DNA of 64,000 nucleotides from an uncultured bacterium (GCA_964632485.1 CAZWDO010000003.1:1-64000), one strand, 5' to 3'. Shown: positions 1 to 9,609, numbered from the stretch's first letter. Notes: generated by a model not told the origin, from the sequence alone. Numbers and translations are program-made.

Positions 1-209
1 GCTAACTTTTATAATCCCAATGGATTATCGATTCAATGAGCTTGGAATATCCGTTAAAATGTTGTTTTCGCATATTAAGGATGAAAATAATTAGTTTATC
101 TCATTCATTAACTATTTGCGGGAGTGTAAAGTTGATAGGGCGTGAGCAGTTATGGCAAGAGCTATAAAGGTTCTCTTCAATTAGAATATTCCCGTTGTTA
201 AAGTAAGTA

Positions 210-1139
210 TTATGCGGCAGAGCGGATTTGTGACTGAAAAGCGCGCCATATACGGTCAATCTTTGGCGTTATCCAAAATACAATCCCGGCTAAGGCGAAT
301 CCGGCTAAAATATCGATCACGTAATGGTGTCGCAGATAGACTGTAGCCAGCGCCAGACTGATGCCCGGTATGAGCAGTAGCCAAAACAGAAGACGTTCAA
401 AGCGAAACGCGTAGAGCAGGCTGATCAGAGTAATGGCGCAATGCAGGCTGGGAAAGGCGGCGCGGGATGACGAAGGATTGATATTGACGATTTTGCTCTG
501 GGTAATTGTCAGCCAACTTCCACTAAAATCGCGGATGAATTGATCTGCCAGTACCAGACGGGGCGGGGCTGCCGGAAAGAGAATATAGAGAAAATAACCG
601 AAATAAAAACAGAGAATCGTGCCCAGTAGAGCCATTCGCATCTCTTCATGACGTTTGCGCACCATTAACCAAAGTACCACAATCACGCTAATCAAGAAAT
701 AATTCATATAACTAATACTGAAGTAATCGGTCAGCCAGGGATGGTAGAATTGTTGAGCCCAAACGCAGGGTTGGATGCCAAACATCCACTGATCAATGGC
801 GACGAGGTAGTGGTGGATATCATGGGGATTAACAAAATGAATGGTGTCATGCAGATTTGTGTAGATAGTCACGCAAAATACAAAGGGCATCACTTCCCGC
901 AACCACCAAAGATAACGCCACCCCCATTTTTTCTTTAAAAAAGTATAGTACAACCCCATGACAAGCATGGTAATAACGAGTCGCCAAATTCCGCCATAAA
1001 ATTTTCGCGGGATTTTTTCTTCCAAGGCCCAAAAGTACCAGTTGGCTCGAAGCGTAATAATCCAGGTAGGAATAAGAAACAGAAAGGCAATCCATTCTTC
1101 CAGACGGAACTTCACCCAGATCGAAATTAATCGTTTCAT
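210..1139 (-). CDS. PAP2-superfamily membrane protein (AUR1/inositol-phosphorylceramide-synthase-like)
   Basis: Multi-TM protein with PAAPP, AAFPSLH and YLRHHYVIDILAG motifs of the PAP2_3/AUR1 group. Confidence 0.8.
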   Translation of the reverse strand: MKRLISIWVKFRLEEWIAFLFLIPTWIITLRANWYFWALEEKIPRKFYGGIWRLVITMLVMGLYYTFLKKKWGWRYLWWLREVMPFVFCVTIYTNLHDTIHFVNPHDIHHYLVAIDQWMFGIQPCVWAQQFYHPWLTDYFSISYMNYFLISVIVVLWLMVRKRHEEMRMALLGTILCFYFGYFLYILFPAAPPRLVLADQFIRDFSGSWLTITQSKIVNINPSSSRAAFPSLHCAITLISLLYAFRFERLLFWLLLIPGISLALATVYLRHHYVIDILAGFALAGIVFWITPKIDRIWRAFQSQIRSAA

Positions 1140-1816
1140 AGGGCGCGCTGATTAAAGATGAAAGTCAATCCAAAAAATATTCCCGGAGAAATGTATGAAA
1201 AAGAACCCCGGGTGTCATTGAGAGTGAGTCGGACCGACTGACTTCGGGAAAATTTCAAGCCTGCTTCAAGCGCGACAAGAGTTTGATTCATCTGCAGAAA
1301 TGTCATCTGGACCGGGATCAGGATTTGCGTATTAAAACTAGTTCCAGAATCCTGGTCGCCGGGATAAAACTGATAATTGGTATAAAAAATTCCCATCGTG
1401 ATCAGGCAGCCGCTGCGGATTTTGAATTGAGGTTCCTGGATGAAATGGTAATAAAAAGCTGGCCCCAGGCCAATGGTAAAAATATCAATTGAGAACTGAT
1501 CTAAATTGGCTTGACCGTTGAATTTTATGGCTTTGTAGGTATAGCTGGTGGTCAAAGCCAGTCCATAATTAGTTTTTCCCCCAAACTGCCAGGGACAATA
1601 CTCACCGTGGAATAGCAGTAGTTGATGGATTCCGGCGTCTTTACTGGGAACGTAATGGCTTTCCATCGCTTGTTGGGTGAAACTATTCATCTCGATTGGA
1701 TTTTCCATACACCAGACAAGCGAAAATTGCCGGAGAGGGCGCAGAGTTGTTCCGCATTTGGAGGGCGATCCCATAAAAAACAAAAGAGAGACGGTGAGAA
1801 GAATACTTTTTTCCAT
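1136..1816 (-). CDS. Hypothetical secreted protein, probable outer-membrane beta-barrel
   Basis: Signal-peptide-like N-terminus, alternating aromatic/hydrophobic strands, 4-nt overlap with the PAP2 gene. Confidence 0.55.
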   Translation of the reverse strand: MEKSILLTVSLLFFMGSPSKCGTTLRPLRQFSLVWCMENPIEMNSFTQQAMESHYVPSKDAGIHQLLLFHGEYCPWQFGGKTNYGLALTTSYTYKAIKFNGQANLDQFSIDIFTIGLGPAFYYHFIQEPQFKIRSGCLITMGIFYTNYQFYPGDQDSGTSFNTQILIPVQMTFLQMNQTLVALEAGLKFSRSQSVRLTLNDTRGSFSYISPGIFFGLTFIFNQRAL

Positions 1817-1822
1817 GCGCTT

Positions 1823-1851
1823 AATATAATTATAATCGAAAAAAAAAACAA
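1823..1851 (-). promoter_or_regulatory. Sigma70-type promoter, probably giving a leaderless mRNA
   Basis: TTGTTT-17-TATATT then 6 nt to ATG at 1816; no SD. Confidence 0.45.
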
Positions 1852-2031
1852 TAGAAAATCATTAACAGCCAAAATGAATACCTGAAAATCTAAAACGCTA
1901 TATTATCGACTACACTGGTTAAACGCTAAAACATAGTGGGGTTGTTAAAATAAATATAAAATCCACTCTAATAGTTTACTCGTCATAGTTCACAATATTT
2001 TTAATAAGTGTAGTGGGAACTCTGGATAAGT

Positions 2032-2631
2032 CTAGGCTTCAGTAAATTCTGAGGGCTGAACTAAAGTTGCACCTGTATTAAAAACAACAGTTTTAATGTT
2101 TCCGGGTTCAGAAAACCCTGCAATATCGGTGGAGCCATATTTTTGCCTCATTTTTAAGAGCCTTAGATTATCTCCTCTTCGTCCCCATGTTTCGGTATAT
2201 TGACCGGGAAGAACATAGTCGCAAAAACATGTTGACAAGTCCACACCCAACCATACAACCCGGGCGGCGCCGCCAATACCGATTTTTTTTGTAAGATCGA
2301 AGGCATAAATTCGCTGGGAGGGGCACTTGAAACTGGTTCTGATTGTTTTAACCAGAGCTTTCTGCCAGCGCAGTCCTTCACTCCCTTTTTTTACATTCGT
2401 ACGAAAGTGTTCAAGGCTGCCAATCAGGTAGATGCTGAGCGCCGGGCTGGTATGCCATTCTATCATTTTTTTGAATATGGCAATGGCTTGCTTGGTTGAT
2501 GTCCCGACTGTTAAATGGGTTCCAGTGAGTGTCTCCCGGGTGCGACAAGTAAGGCTAAGGCAACTTTGCAGGTTGGGATAGATCAATTCGGTATCGGCGC
2601 CCAAATGATCTTCATCGATAATTAATGACAT
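2032..2631 (-). CDS. Hypothetical cytoplasmic protein with a CheD/CNF1-like Cys-His deamidase pattern
   Basis: NLQSCLSL...LTGTHLTV spacing and later IYLIGS strand; ATG 2631 preceded by GAGGT. Confidence 0.5.
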   Translation of the reverse strand: MSLIIDEDHLGADTELIYPNLQSCLSLTCRTRETLTGTHLTVGTSTKQAIAIFKKMIEWHTSPALSIYLIGSLEHFRTNVKKGSEGLRWQKALVKTIRTSFKCPSQRIYAFDLTKKIGIGGAARVVWLGVDLSTCFCDYVLPGQYTETWGRRGDNLRLLKMRQKYGSTDIAGFSEPGNIKTVVFNTGATLVQPSEFTEA

Positions 2632-2680
2632 AATTGACCTCAAACAATGCTAAAGATTCATTGAAAGAAGAAGAGACTTT

Positions 2681-4171
2681 TTAACGGGCGAGTGCCTGGA
2701 ATTCAACGCGTCGATTGAGGGCTCGTCCTTCTTCCGAGTCATTGGTGGCGCGGGGTTTAAGACTGCCATATCCTTTGGAAATGATGCGATCCTCTTTGAT
2801 ACCCTGGGATACAAGGTAGTCGCGAACTGCGGCGGCGCGGGCTTCGGAAAGTTTTTTGTTATATTCCACGCTGCCAACATTATCCGTATGGCCACTGATT
2901 TCAACCTTTAGTGTCGGGTATTCCTGGAGGAAACGAAATGCGGATTTTAGATCGGCAAAGGACCCTTCTTTTAAAACCGTTTGATTAAAATCAAAAAAGA
3001 CCTTGAGTTCAATGGCCTGGTAGAGGGAGTTGAGTAAAAAATCTTTATGAATGATGACTGGTTGTTTTGTTTGGGGAGGATCAATAATCTCACTGGAGTA
3101 TAGATAATCTTTGGCGGAAGCCATCAGATCAAGCTTTCCGGGTATTGTGAGGTTGAAGTGGTAGTATTCCAGAGTGACCGTATGGGTGAATAATTCAGTG
3201 ATCAACTGATCGCTGCCTGCCGAGCGCATTTGAATTTTACCAATAAGTGGGGTTCGTTTTTCATTAGCCAGAATACGCCCGGTCAGTATGAAATAGGGTC
3301 CTTCAGCAATGGGAAGGTGATTGACTTGGAAGAGATCGAATCCGCCTTTGCCACCGGGGCGGTTGGACGAGATAACGGCGCCGGAATCCCCGGGATGGAA
3401 ATAGAAGAACATGTCGTCGTAGGGGGTATTGATCGGTTCGGGCAGAACCTGGGGTTCCCCGGCCTGCATATTGTTCAGAGGAGCAAAGTAGAGGTCATAT
3501 CCGCCTAAGCGGGGATTGCCGTTCGAAGCGAATATCAGATATTTCTCATCAGGAGTGATAAACGGAGATTCTTCATCATAAAACGTGTTGATAACCGGGC
3601 CGAAATTGACCGGGGTTGTGAAAGACTCTCCTTCACGACGACACCAATAGAGGTCTTTGCCTCCCTCGCCATCGGGACGCATACTGCTGAAAACCAAGGT
3701 TTTACCATCGGGGCTAAGGTAGGGCTGGCTATCCCAGTATGGAGAATTGACCTTAGTTATCAGTTGCGGGTTTTCCTGCCAGCCGGCCGCAGTAAGCATA
3801 AACGCTTTAAGCTCGGGATCCGCATGGCCTTCGGCTGTGGCGGCGACCAAATCGCTGCCATCGATTGATGCATAGACTAAGCCCGCTATTTTAAAATCGC
3901 CCAGATCAAGTTTCCTCAAATCTTTCCCATCGGTAATGGAAAAAGCCTGTTGGCTGCCACTGCGCGTTGAAGTGAAAAACACAACCTTTCCCAACTGGCA
4001 GCGGGTCAATCCAAAATCATCGCTGGCCGTGTTGATCTCATTCATGGGCATGACCTGGCCCTGCCATTGATCATTCCATTCGATCTTCTTGATAAACCCG
4101 ATCTCCTCCAGCCGTCGTTCGGAACAGTTTATCAGGGTGAATGCCGTTAAAAGAATATATAGTTGTTTCAT
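2681..4171 (-). CDS. OmpA-family lipoprotein with PD40/WD40 repeats (PorE-like)
   Basis: Lipobox-like LINC, repeated SPDGKTLVFSS/GGxDLY motifs, C-terminal OmpA domain (GHTDNVGS...NRRVEF). Confidence 0.85.
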   Translation of the reverse strand: MKQLYILLTAFTLINCSERRLEEIGFIKKIEWNDQWQGQVMPMNEINTASDDFGLTRCQLGKVVFFTSTRSGSQQAFSITDGKDLRKLDLGDFKIAGLVYASIDGSDLVAATAEGHADPELKAFMLTAAGWQENPQLITKVNSPYWDSQPYLSPDGKTLVFSSMRPDGEGGKDLYWCRREGESFTTPVNFGPVINTFYDEESPFITPDEKYLIFASNGNPRLGGYDLYFAPLNNMQAGEPQVLPEPINTPYDDMFFYFHPGDSGAVISSNRPGGKGGFDLFQVNHLPIAEGPYFILTGRILANEKRTPLIGKIQMRSAGSDQLITELFTHTVTLEYYHFNLTIPGKLDLMASAKDYLYSSEIIDPPQTKQPVIIHKDFLLNSLYQAIELKVFFDFNQTVLKEGSFADLKSAFRFLQEYPTLKVEISGHTDNVGSVEYNKKLSEARAAAVRDYLVSQGIKEDRIISKGYGSLKPRATNDSEEGRALNRRVEFQALAR

Positions 4172-4187
4172 AGTGTTTCCTCTCTTT

Positions 4188-5135
4188 CTAATAGCGGTAA
4201 ACCAGGGTGATTTGGAAGCCCAGCCGTAGCCATTGCGAATCCGGGTTGCCCATCTTCCTTAAATGGCCTTTCTCACGATCATCAGGAGTAGACCTCAGCT
4301 CAAGAAACTTTTGAGGTGATATTGGAAATGGGCTTGTAATCATTTTCTCAAGCGAACACTCCGGTACCAGCCAGATTTTGGCAGTAATGGGTAAATATAA
4401 CCCTAATCCTGCGATTGCGCCCACAGAGAATGCATTTAAATTAGGGATATCAACTTTTTCGCTTTTGCTTCTTGACTTCATCTCTGATACATCCCAATAA
4501 TAATTCACTGGAATAGGATACCCATAATAGTAAGCTACGGTATCGATTAATGTGGATTGTAATTCCCATTTTGAAACAAGGTTGACACTGATGTTTGCCC
4601 CAGCAAAAATATAAAAATTCTTAAATGTATATTTAGGAGCTATAGCCAATTGAATTTGTCCTAAATCATATTTCCATGCATCATTTGATGCTGTTAAATG
4701 TCTGTACACCCAGTAAGTAGTATCATTAGGAGGTGAATCTTCATAATAATAACGATAAAGTTGAATTTCTCCCGCCCCTTCGCTCTGCCATTGCTGATAT
4801 CCCAATTTAGCAATAATTCCCCAATGACGATTGAGCCAGTAATCAGACCAGATTTGAAACCCGATGCCATTTTTGTCACCTTCTTTATAAGTTTTATCCA
4901 AATTAGGTTCGGTAATGGCCCCTTGACCAGCCATAAACGCATCCGTTTCCAGCGTGCCGCTGCTCGTCATATTGGTTAAGCTGTAACTGCCACCCAGCCC
5001 AATCAGCCAGCGCTGGCGCGGGTAAAAATTGAGCAGATCCTGGGAAAAGCGGTACTTATCGCGGAAAAAATCAGCTTGGATCGATATTATCAGCCATCCC
5101 ATCAAAAGTAGTATAAAACCGATTTTTTTTAACAT
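4188..5135 (-). CDS. Outer-membrane beta-barrel protein (PorT/OMP-like)
   Basis: ATG 5135 with AGGAGG SD; signal peptide; C-terminal beta-signal LGFQITLVYRY. Confidence 0.65.
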   Translation of the reverse strand: MLKKIGFILLLMGWLIISIQADFFRDKYRFSQDLLNFYPRQRWLIGLGGSYSLTNMTSSGTLETDAFMAGQGAITEPNLDKTYKEGDKNGIGFQIWSDYWLNRHWGIIAKLGYQQWQSEGAGEIQLYRYYYEDSPPNDTTYWVYRHLTASNDAWKYDLGQIQLAIAPKYTFKNFYIFAGANISVNLVSKWELQSTLIDTVAYYYGYPIPVNYYWDVSEMKSRSKSEKVDIPNLNAFSVGAIAGLGLYLPITAKIWLVPECSLEKMITSPFPISPQKFLELRSTPDDREKGHLRKMGNPDSQWLRLGFQITLVYRY

Positions 5136-5262
5136 GGAATCTCCTCCTTTTGTTTTATCAACACTCTCAGTTTTTATCGCAGGAAGGCCATTGCCTGGAT
5201 CGTTAGTTTTTGCGCCTTTTTGGTCTGACACGGTTGGCAGTTTAAGCCACCAATCTTCTATA

Positions 5263-5290
5263 AATATATCAAAAAATGCAGAATTGTCAA
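5263..5290 (-). promoter_or_regulatory. Sigma70-type promoter for the barrel-OmpA operon
   Basis: TTGACA-16-TATATT on the minus strand, about 125 nt upstream of ATG 5135. Confidence 0.55.
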
Positions 5291-5379
5291 TTTTTATTTT
5301 TCTTCTTGCTTTTTTTTACAGAGTACCCTATATTTTTTATGTAGAGTTGATTGTTGTCTATTTTATCGAGGAGAATATT

Positions 5380-7092
5380 ATGAAATTTCTGTCTGAACAC
5401 TATATTTTTATGTTTTTGGTGCAGTTCACGGTGTTGCTGGGCTTTTCCAAGCTGTTGGGACTCCTGTTTCAACGCTGGAAGCAGCCGACGGTAACCGCCG
5501 ATATTCTGATTGGACTTATTCTAGGTCCGACGATTCTGGGTCGGTTATGTCCTTCGTTTCATGGCTGGCTTTTCCCTGCCGATACGATCCTGCAAACCAT
5601 GCTGGATACCGTGGCCTGGATCGGCATTCTGTTTCTCCTCATGGAAACCGGCCTGGAGGTCAACTTCTCGCGCATCTGGCGTCAAAAAGGGCAGGCCGTG
5701 AAACTTTCTACGGCGGATATCATCATTCCGATCATAGTCTCCGGATTTTTGATCTACTGGCTTCCGGACCGATTTCTGCCCGTGCCGGAACAGAGGCTGG
5801 TTTTCACGATTTTCATGGCGACTATCATGACCATCAGCGCCTTGCCCGTAGCGATCCGCGGCATGCAGGATGTCAATATTCTCAAAACTGATTTAGGTTT
5901 TTTAATAATATCAGCGCTATCAATCAACGATATCATCGGCTGGTTGATTTTTGCTATCCTATTGGGCATTTTCAGTCATCAAAATGCCAGCGTCGGCTAC
6001 TATCTCGGAATTCTGATTGCTACCGTCGCGTACACCGCATTTTCTTTAACCTTACTGAGAAAAGCGGCGGATTATTTGATTCGCGGCATTAAAATCCATT
6101 ACGCCGAAAATATGGCTCTGGCTATTTCCCTGCTGGCTGTCATGGGTATGATCAGCGGCGCCATCACCATACAGATCGGCATCCACGCCCTGTTCGGCTT
6201 CTTTATTATGGGATTGGTGGCCGGGGAATCGGCGGCTTTGAGCGAAAAAGATCGCGCGACCATATCACGTATGGTTTACGCCATTTTTGTACCTATTTTT
6301 TTTGCCAGCATCGGGTTGAAAGTGGATTTTATAGATAGCTTTAACCCATTTTTGGCTATTTTCATCACTGTGGCGGGAATTGTCGGCCGCTATTGTGGCG
6401 CATATATTGGCTCAATTTGGGCGCGAGCGCCGAAAGCCAACCGCTCCACTATCGCCATCGCTCATACTCCGGGCGGTCAAATGGAGATCGTGGTCGGAAT
6501 TCTGGCGCTCGAAGCCGGCTTAATTTCTCAAACAATTTTTGTGGCGATTATCTTTGGCGCTATTGTGTCCTCAATCGCGCTGGGGCCATGGCTGAATATA
6601 GCGATCAAGCGCCGTAAAATATCTTCTTTGTTACCCTATATCCAGCCAGGCCATGTTATATTTCTCCAGGCGGAAACTAAGCATAACGCAATCTGCGAAC
6701 TCACTGACCGGATTGCCGGAAAGGCGGGAATCCCAGCCGAGCGTATTTGCCAGTTAACGTTGCAACGAGAAGATGGAATGAGTTCAGCGGTGGAATTCGG
6801 CATCGCTTTTCCTCATGCCCGCGTACCAGGGCTCGCCGCCCCTCTGATAGCCATTGGTATCAGCAAAAAGGGTATTGAATGGGATTCCCCGGATGGATTG
6901 CCTTCCCGTCTGATTTTTCTGTTAGTGACACCAGAATCGCAGGAGGATGCGCAACTTCAGTTTTTACGGCTACTCTCAACAATGTTGTATTCCGGGGATA
7001 TTCGTGAACGGTTGTTGGCGGCGGATGACAGTTCACAAGTGAGTCAAATTTTGGGCGAATTTTTTAGTTCAAGATTGGTTCCGCCAAAGTAA
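5380..7092 (+). CDS. Cation:proton antiporter (CPA2) fused to a C-terminal PTS EIIA (Ntr/Fru-type) domain
   Basis: Multi-TM domain with GLILGP, LLMETGLE and INDIIGW; C-terminal GIAFPHAR...WDSPDG; ATG 5380 with GAGGAG SD. Confidence 0.88.
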   Translation: MKFLSEHYIFMFLVQFTVLLGFSKLLGLLFQRWKQPTVTADILIGLILGPTILGRLCPSFHGWLFPADTILQTMLDTVAWIGILFLLMETGLEVNFSRIWRQKGQAVKLSTADIIIPIIVSGFLIYWLPDRFLPVPEQRLVFTIFMATIMTISALPVAIRGMQDVNILKTDLGFLIISALSINDIIGWLIFAILLGIFSHQNASVGYYLGILIATVAYTAFSLTLLRKAADYLIRGIKIHYAENMALAISLLAVMGMISGAITIQIGIHALFGFFIMGLVAGESAALSEKDRATISRMVYAIFVPIFFASIGLKVDFIDSFNPFLAIFITVAGIVGRYCGAYIGSIWARAPKANRSTIAIAHTPGGQMEIVVGILALEAGLISQTIFVAIIFGAIVSSIALGPWLNIAIKRRKISSLLPYIQPGHVIFLQAETKHNAICELTDRIAGKAGIPAERICQLTLQREDGMSSAVEFGIAFPHARVPGLAAPLIAIGISKKGIEWDSPDGLPSRLIFLLVTPESQEDAQLQFLRLLSTMLYSGDIRERLLAADDSSQVSQILGEFFSSRLVPPK

Positions 7093-7248
7093 CGGTTTGC
7101 CCGGCAATCAGATTTAGAAGGCGGGCTGATAAATTAGGTTGGGAGCTGACATGTTCCGGGAAAGTAAATTTATAGGCTCATGATGGTTTTGCGTATTTTT
7201 GCGTTTAGTTCTATTATGTTAGTATAGACTTTGTAGAAAGGATATTGA

Positions 7249-8424
7249 ATGGCGTTTAGATTTTCATCAAAATGTTTATATTTGCTTTTATTTTTTGCTG
7301 TGATATCGGCGTATGCGCGGGAAGTTGATTTGGTGGCGGGTTTTCGGGCGTCGCGGGTCTTGAATTCCTATCCAAACCGTCAGTTTCCCAATGAAGATTA
7401 TTGGGTATCGGTCGGCAACCGTATGGCCGCAAAATTTAACGGCGCCGCGCCTGCCACCGTTTGGATTGTCAGTCTTTATATCGAGAATGGGATAACCCAA
7501 TTTAATTTTCCATCCCCGGGAGGGAATTATCGGAATATTTGGTTCATCGGCCAGGACCAGAATGAAGCATACCTCAACCGGTTTGATCAGGAAGGATTTA
7601 AGGTCTGGCTGCAAGTGGAACCCGGTTCCGCTTCCATCGATACTCTAATGGAATTGGTGTTGCAGCGCTATGGGCATCATCCGTGTGTCCGCGGTTTTGG
7701 TATTGATGTGGAATGGTACCACACCAATACTCACAGCGGCGGTCGGAAAGTAACGGATGCGGAAGCCGCCGATTGGGAGGCTCGGGTAAAAGCTTATAAT
7801 GCGGATTATACGCTATTTTTGAAACATTATGGAACATCCTGGATGCCGCCAACGTACCGCGGAACAATTATTTTCATTGATGACAGCCAGGGATTTACGT
7901 CATTTAATCAGATTGTGAGCGAATTTAAAACCTGGGGGTCTCGTTTTTCTCCCAATCCTGTCGGATTTCAATTCGGTTATCTCGCGGATCAACCCATTTG
8001 GGGGCAGTTTAGCGATCCCGCCGCTACCATAGGCCAGGCTCTTATTGATCAGATACCCAATCTTTATACTCTATATTGGGTCGATTTCACCGTGTTTCAA
8101 GTCTTCCCTCCCACCGGAATTGAAAACGAGTCCATTGGAACTCCTCCCGAATCAGCTCAATTGAAGTGTTTTCCAAATCCTTCAAACGCCCAAGCGACAA
8201 TTTCCTATTCGCTCTATCAAGCTGGACATGTCCGCCTTGATTTATATAATATTTTGGGGCAGAAAATTTTAAACTTAATTGATCGATTTCAGTCTCCGGG
8301 AGATTATAAAATTGCATTACCTGCAACTTCATCAGGGACGACATCTTCTCCCTCAGGGGTCTATTTTATTAAGGGTATCATTGGCAATCAATTTGTAACT
8401 CAAAAGATAACGTACATGCGCTAA
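7249..8424 (+). CDS. Secreted protein: glycoside-hydrolase-like domain + T9SS type A C-terminal sorting domain
   Basis: Signal peptide; GFGIDVEW motif; CTD FPNPSN...YNILGQ...SGVYFIK...TQKITYMR. Confidence 0.7.
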   Translation: MAFRFSSKCLYLLLFFAVISAYAREVDLVAGFRASRVLNSYPNRQFPNEDYWVSVGNRMAAKFNGAAPATVWIVSLYIENGITQFNFPSPGGNYRNIWFIGQDQNEAYLNRFDQEGFKVWLQVEPGSASIDTLMELVLQRYGHHPCVRGFGIDVEWYHTNTHSGGRKVTDAEAADWEARVKAYNADYTLFLKHYGTSWMPPTYRGTIIFIDDSQGFTSFNQIVSEFKTWGSRFSPNPVGFQFGYLADQPIWGQFSDPAATIGQALIDQIPNLYTLYWVDFTVFQVFPPTGIENESIGTPPESAQLKCFPNPSNAQATISYSLYQAGHVRLDLYNILGQKILNLIDRFQSPGDYKIALPATSSGTTSSPSGVYFIKGIIGNQFVTQKITYMR

Positions 8425-8615
8425 AAAAATTTCAGCGAGATATTTGTCAGGTAAACGGGATTAGTGGATATATTCACCGCAAAAGGGGGGATAGCAGTGA
8501 ACAACTTCCATGAGTCCCTTTATCAATCCAACATCAAAGCTAAGCGAGGTGTTACAAATTCAGTCCATGAGAGTGTTGCTTTATGTCCCGGCTTCACGCA
8601 TCAGACGGCGAAAAA

Positions 8616-9365
8616 TTAAGTTGTTTGAGAAAGTGTATAGAGAAGAATCGCTGATGCCGCTGAAATATTAAGTGATTCTACCTTCTGTGAGCCTTCAATG
8701 GCGATATGATAGTGGCAATCATGCGTAACGTGTTGATCGAGTCCCTGCTCTTCATTACCCATAATCACGGCAATCGGTTGGTCAGGAGGGGTTTGACTCA
8801 GAAATTCGCGGAGTGGTTTTTTCCCTTTATGGCTGGTCGCAATAAAGCAGAAATCCGAGTGGTAATGGCGGATAAATTCGATAAGATTAGGGCAATGATA
8901 GATAGAGACATGTTCCATACCGCCTTCGCTGACGCGAAAGACAGAAGGAGAGGGAGTCATGCTTTCTAATTTGCCACTGAGCAGTATCGTGCGCCATCCT
9001 AAAAACGCGGCGCTTCGAATGACCGCGCCCAGATTATGGCTGTTTCCGATGCTGTCAAGAATAAGCAATCGTTTGTGGTGATTGATCCAGTCTTGGACCA
9101 TTATCCCCTTAATCACTTCATAGGGAGGAATAGCGCATATCGCGGCTACGCCCCCATGGTGGACACTTTCACTAATTTTCGCTAATTCATCCGATGTCAC
9201 CATGCGGTACACTTTTTGCCGGTGGGCCATATCCTGGCATAGTTCACGCAATGAAAAGGCAATTTCTCGGATGAAAAAAAGCCGCTCAATGAGATGAGGT
9301 CGGTGCAAAGCAATGGCTAAAACGGCATTCAATCCGGTTACCGCAATCACTTTATGGGATTTCAT
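8616..9365 (-). CDS. TrmH/SpoU family RNA 2'-O-methyltransferase
   Basis: HNLGAVIRSA, MGNEEQGL and ESLNIS SPOUT motifs. Confidence 0.9.
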   Translation of the reverse strand: MKSHKVIAVTGLNAVLAIALHRPHLIERLFFIREIAFSLRELCQDMAHRQKVYRMVTSDELAKISESVHHGGVAAICAIPPYEVIKGIMVQDWINHHKRLLILDSIGNSHNLGAVIRSAAFLGWRTILLSGKLESMTPSPSVFRVSEGGMEHVSIYHCPNLIEFIRHYHSDFCFIATSHKGKKPLREFLSQTPPDQPIAVIMGNEEQGLDQHVTHDCHYHIAIEGSQKVESLNISAASAILLYTLSQTT

Positions 9366-9554
9366 GGGCGCTCCTTCGTGTAATTTTTCTCTTTTGTGAA
9401 TATAAGAAAAAAAAAATAAAATACAAGAGGATAAAAAGTGAAATTATCACCAAAATTAAAAATGATGCGGAATTTTATGTATCGCGTATATTGAATATGG
9501 GTTGGATAGAATCTGAATTACTAAATTTGAAGCAGGCTAATATTAAAATTGAAC

Positions 9555-9583
9555 TTGACAAATCCGCTTAATTATTGTACACT
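9555..9583 (+). promoter_or_regulatory. Sigma70-type promoter of the EamA gene
   Basis: TTGACA-17-TACACT. Confidence 0.65.
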
Positions 9584-9609
9584 TTATGAAATTCAACAAG
9601 GAAAAACGG

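Noticed and set aside
5136-5256. Riboswitch in the ~120-nt leader of the barrel gene
   Set aside because: Two small hairpins only; no recognisable aptamer consensus.
5029-5379. 117-aa N-terminal extension of the CPA2-EIIA protein
   Set aside because: It overlaps the divergent gene and promoters; a strong SD precedes ATG 5380.
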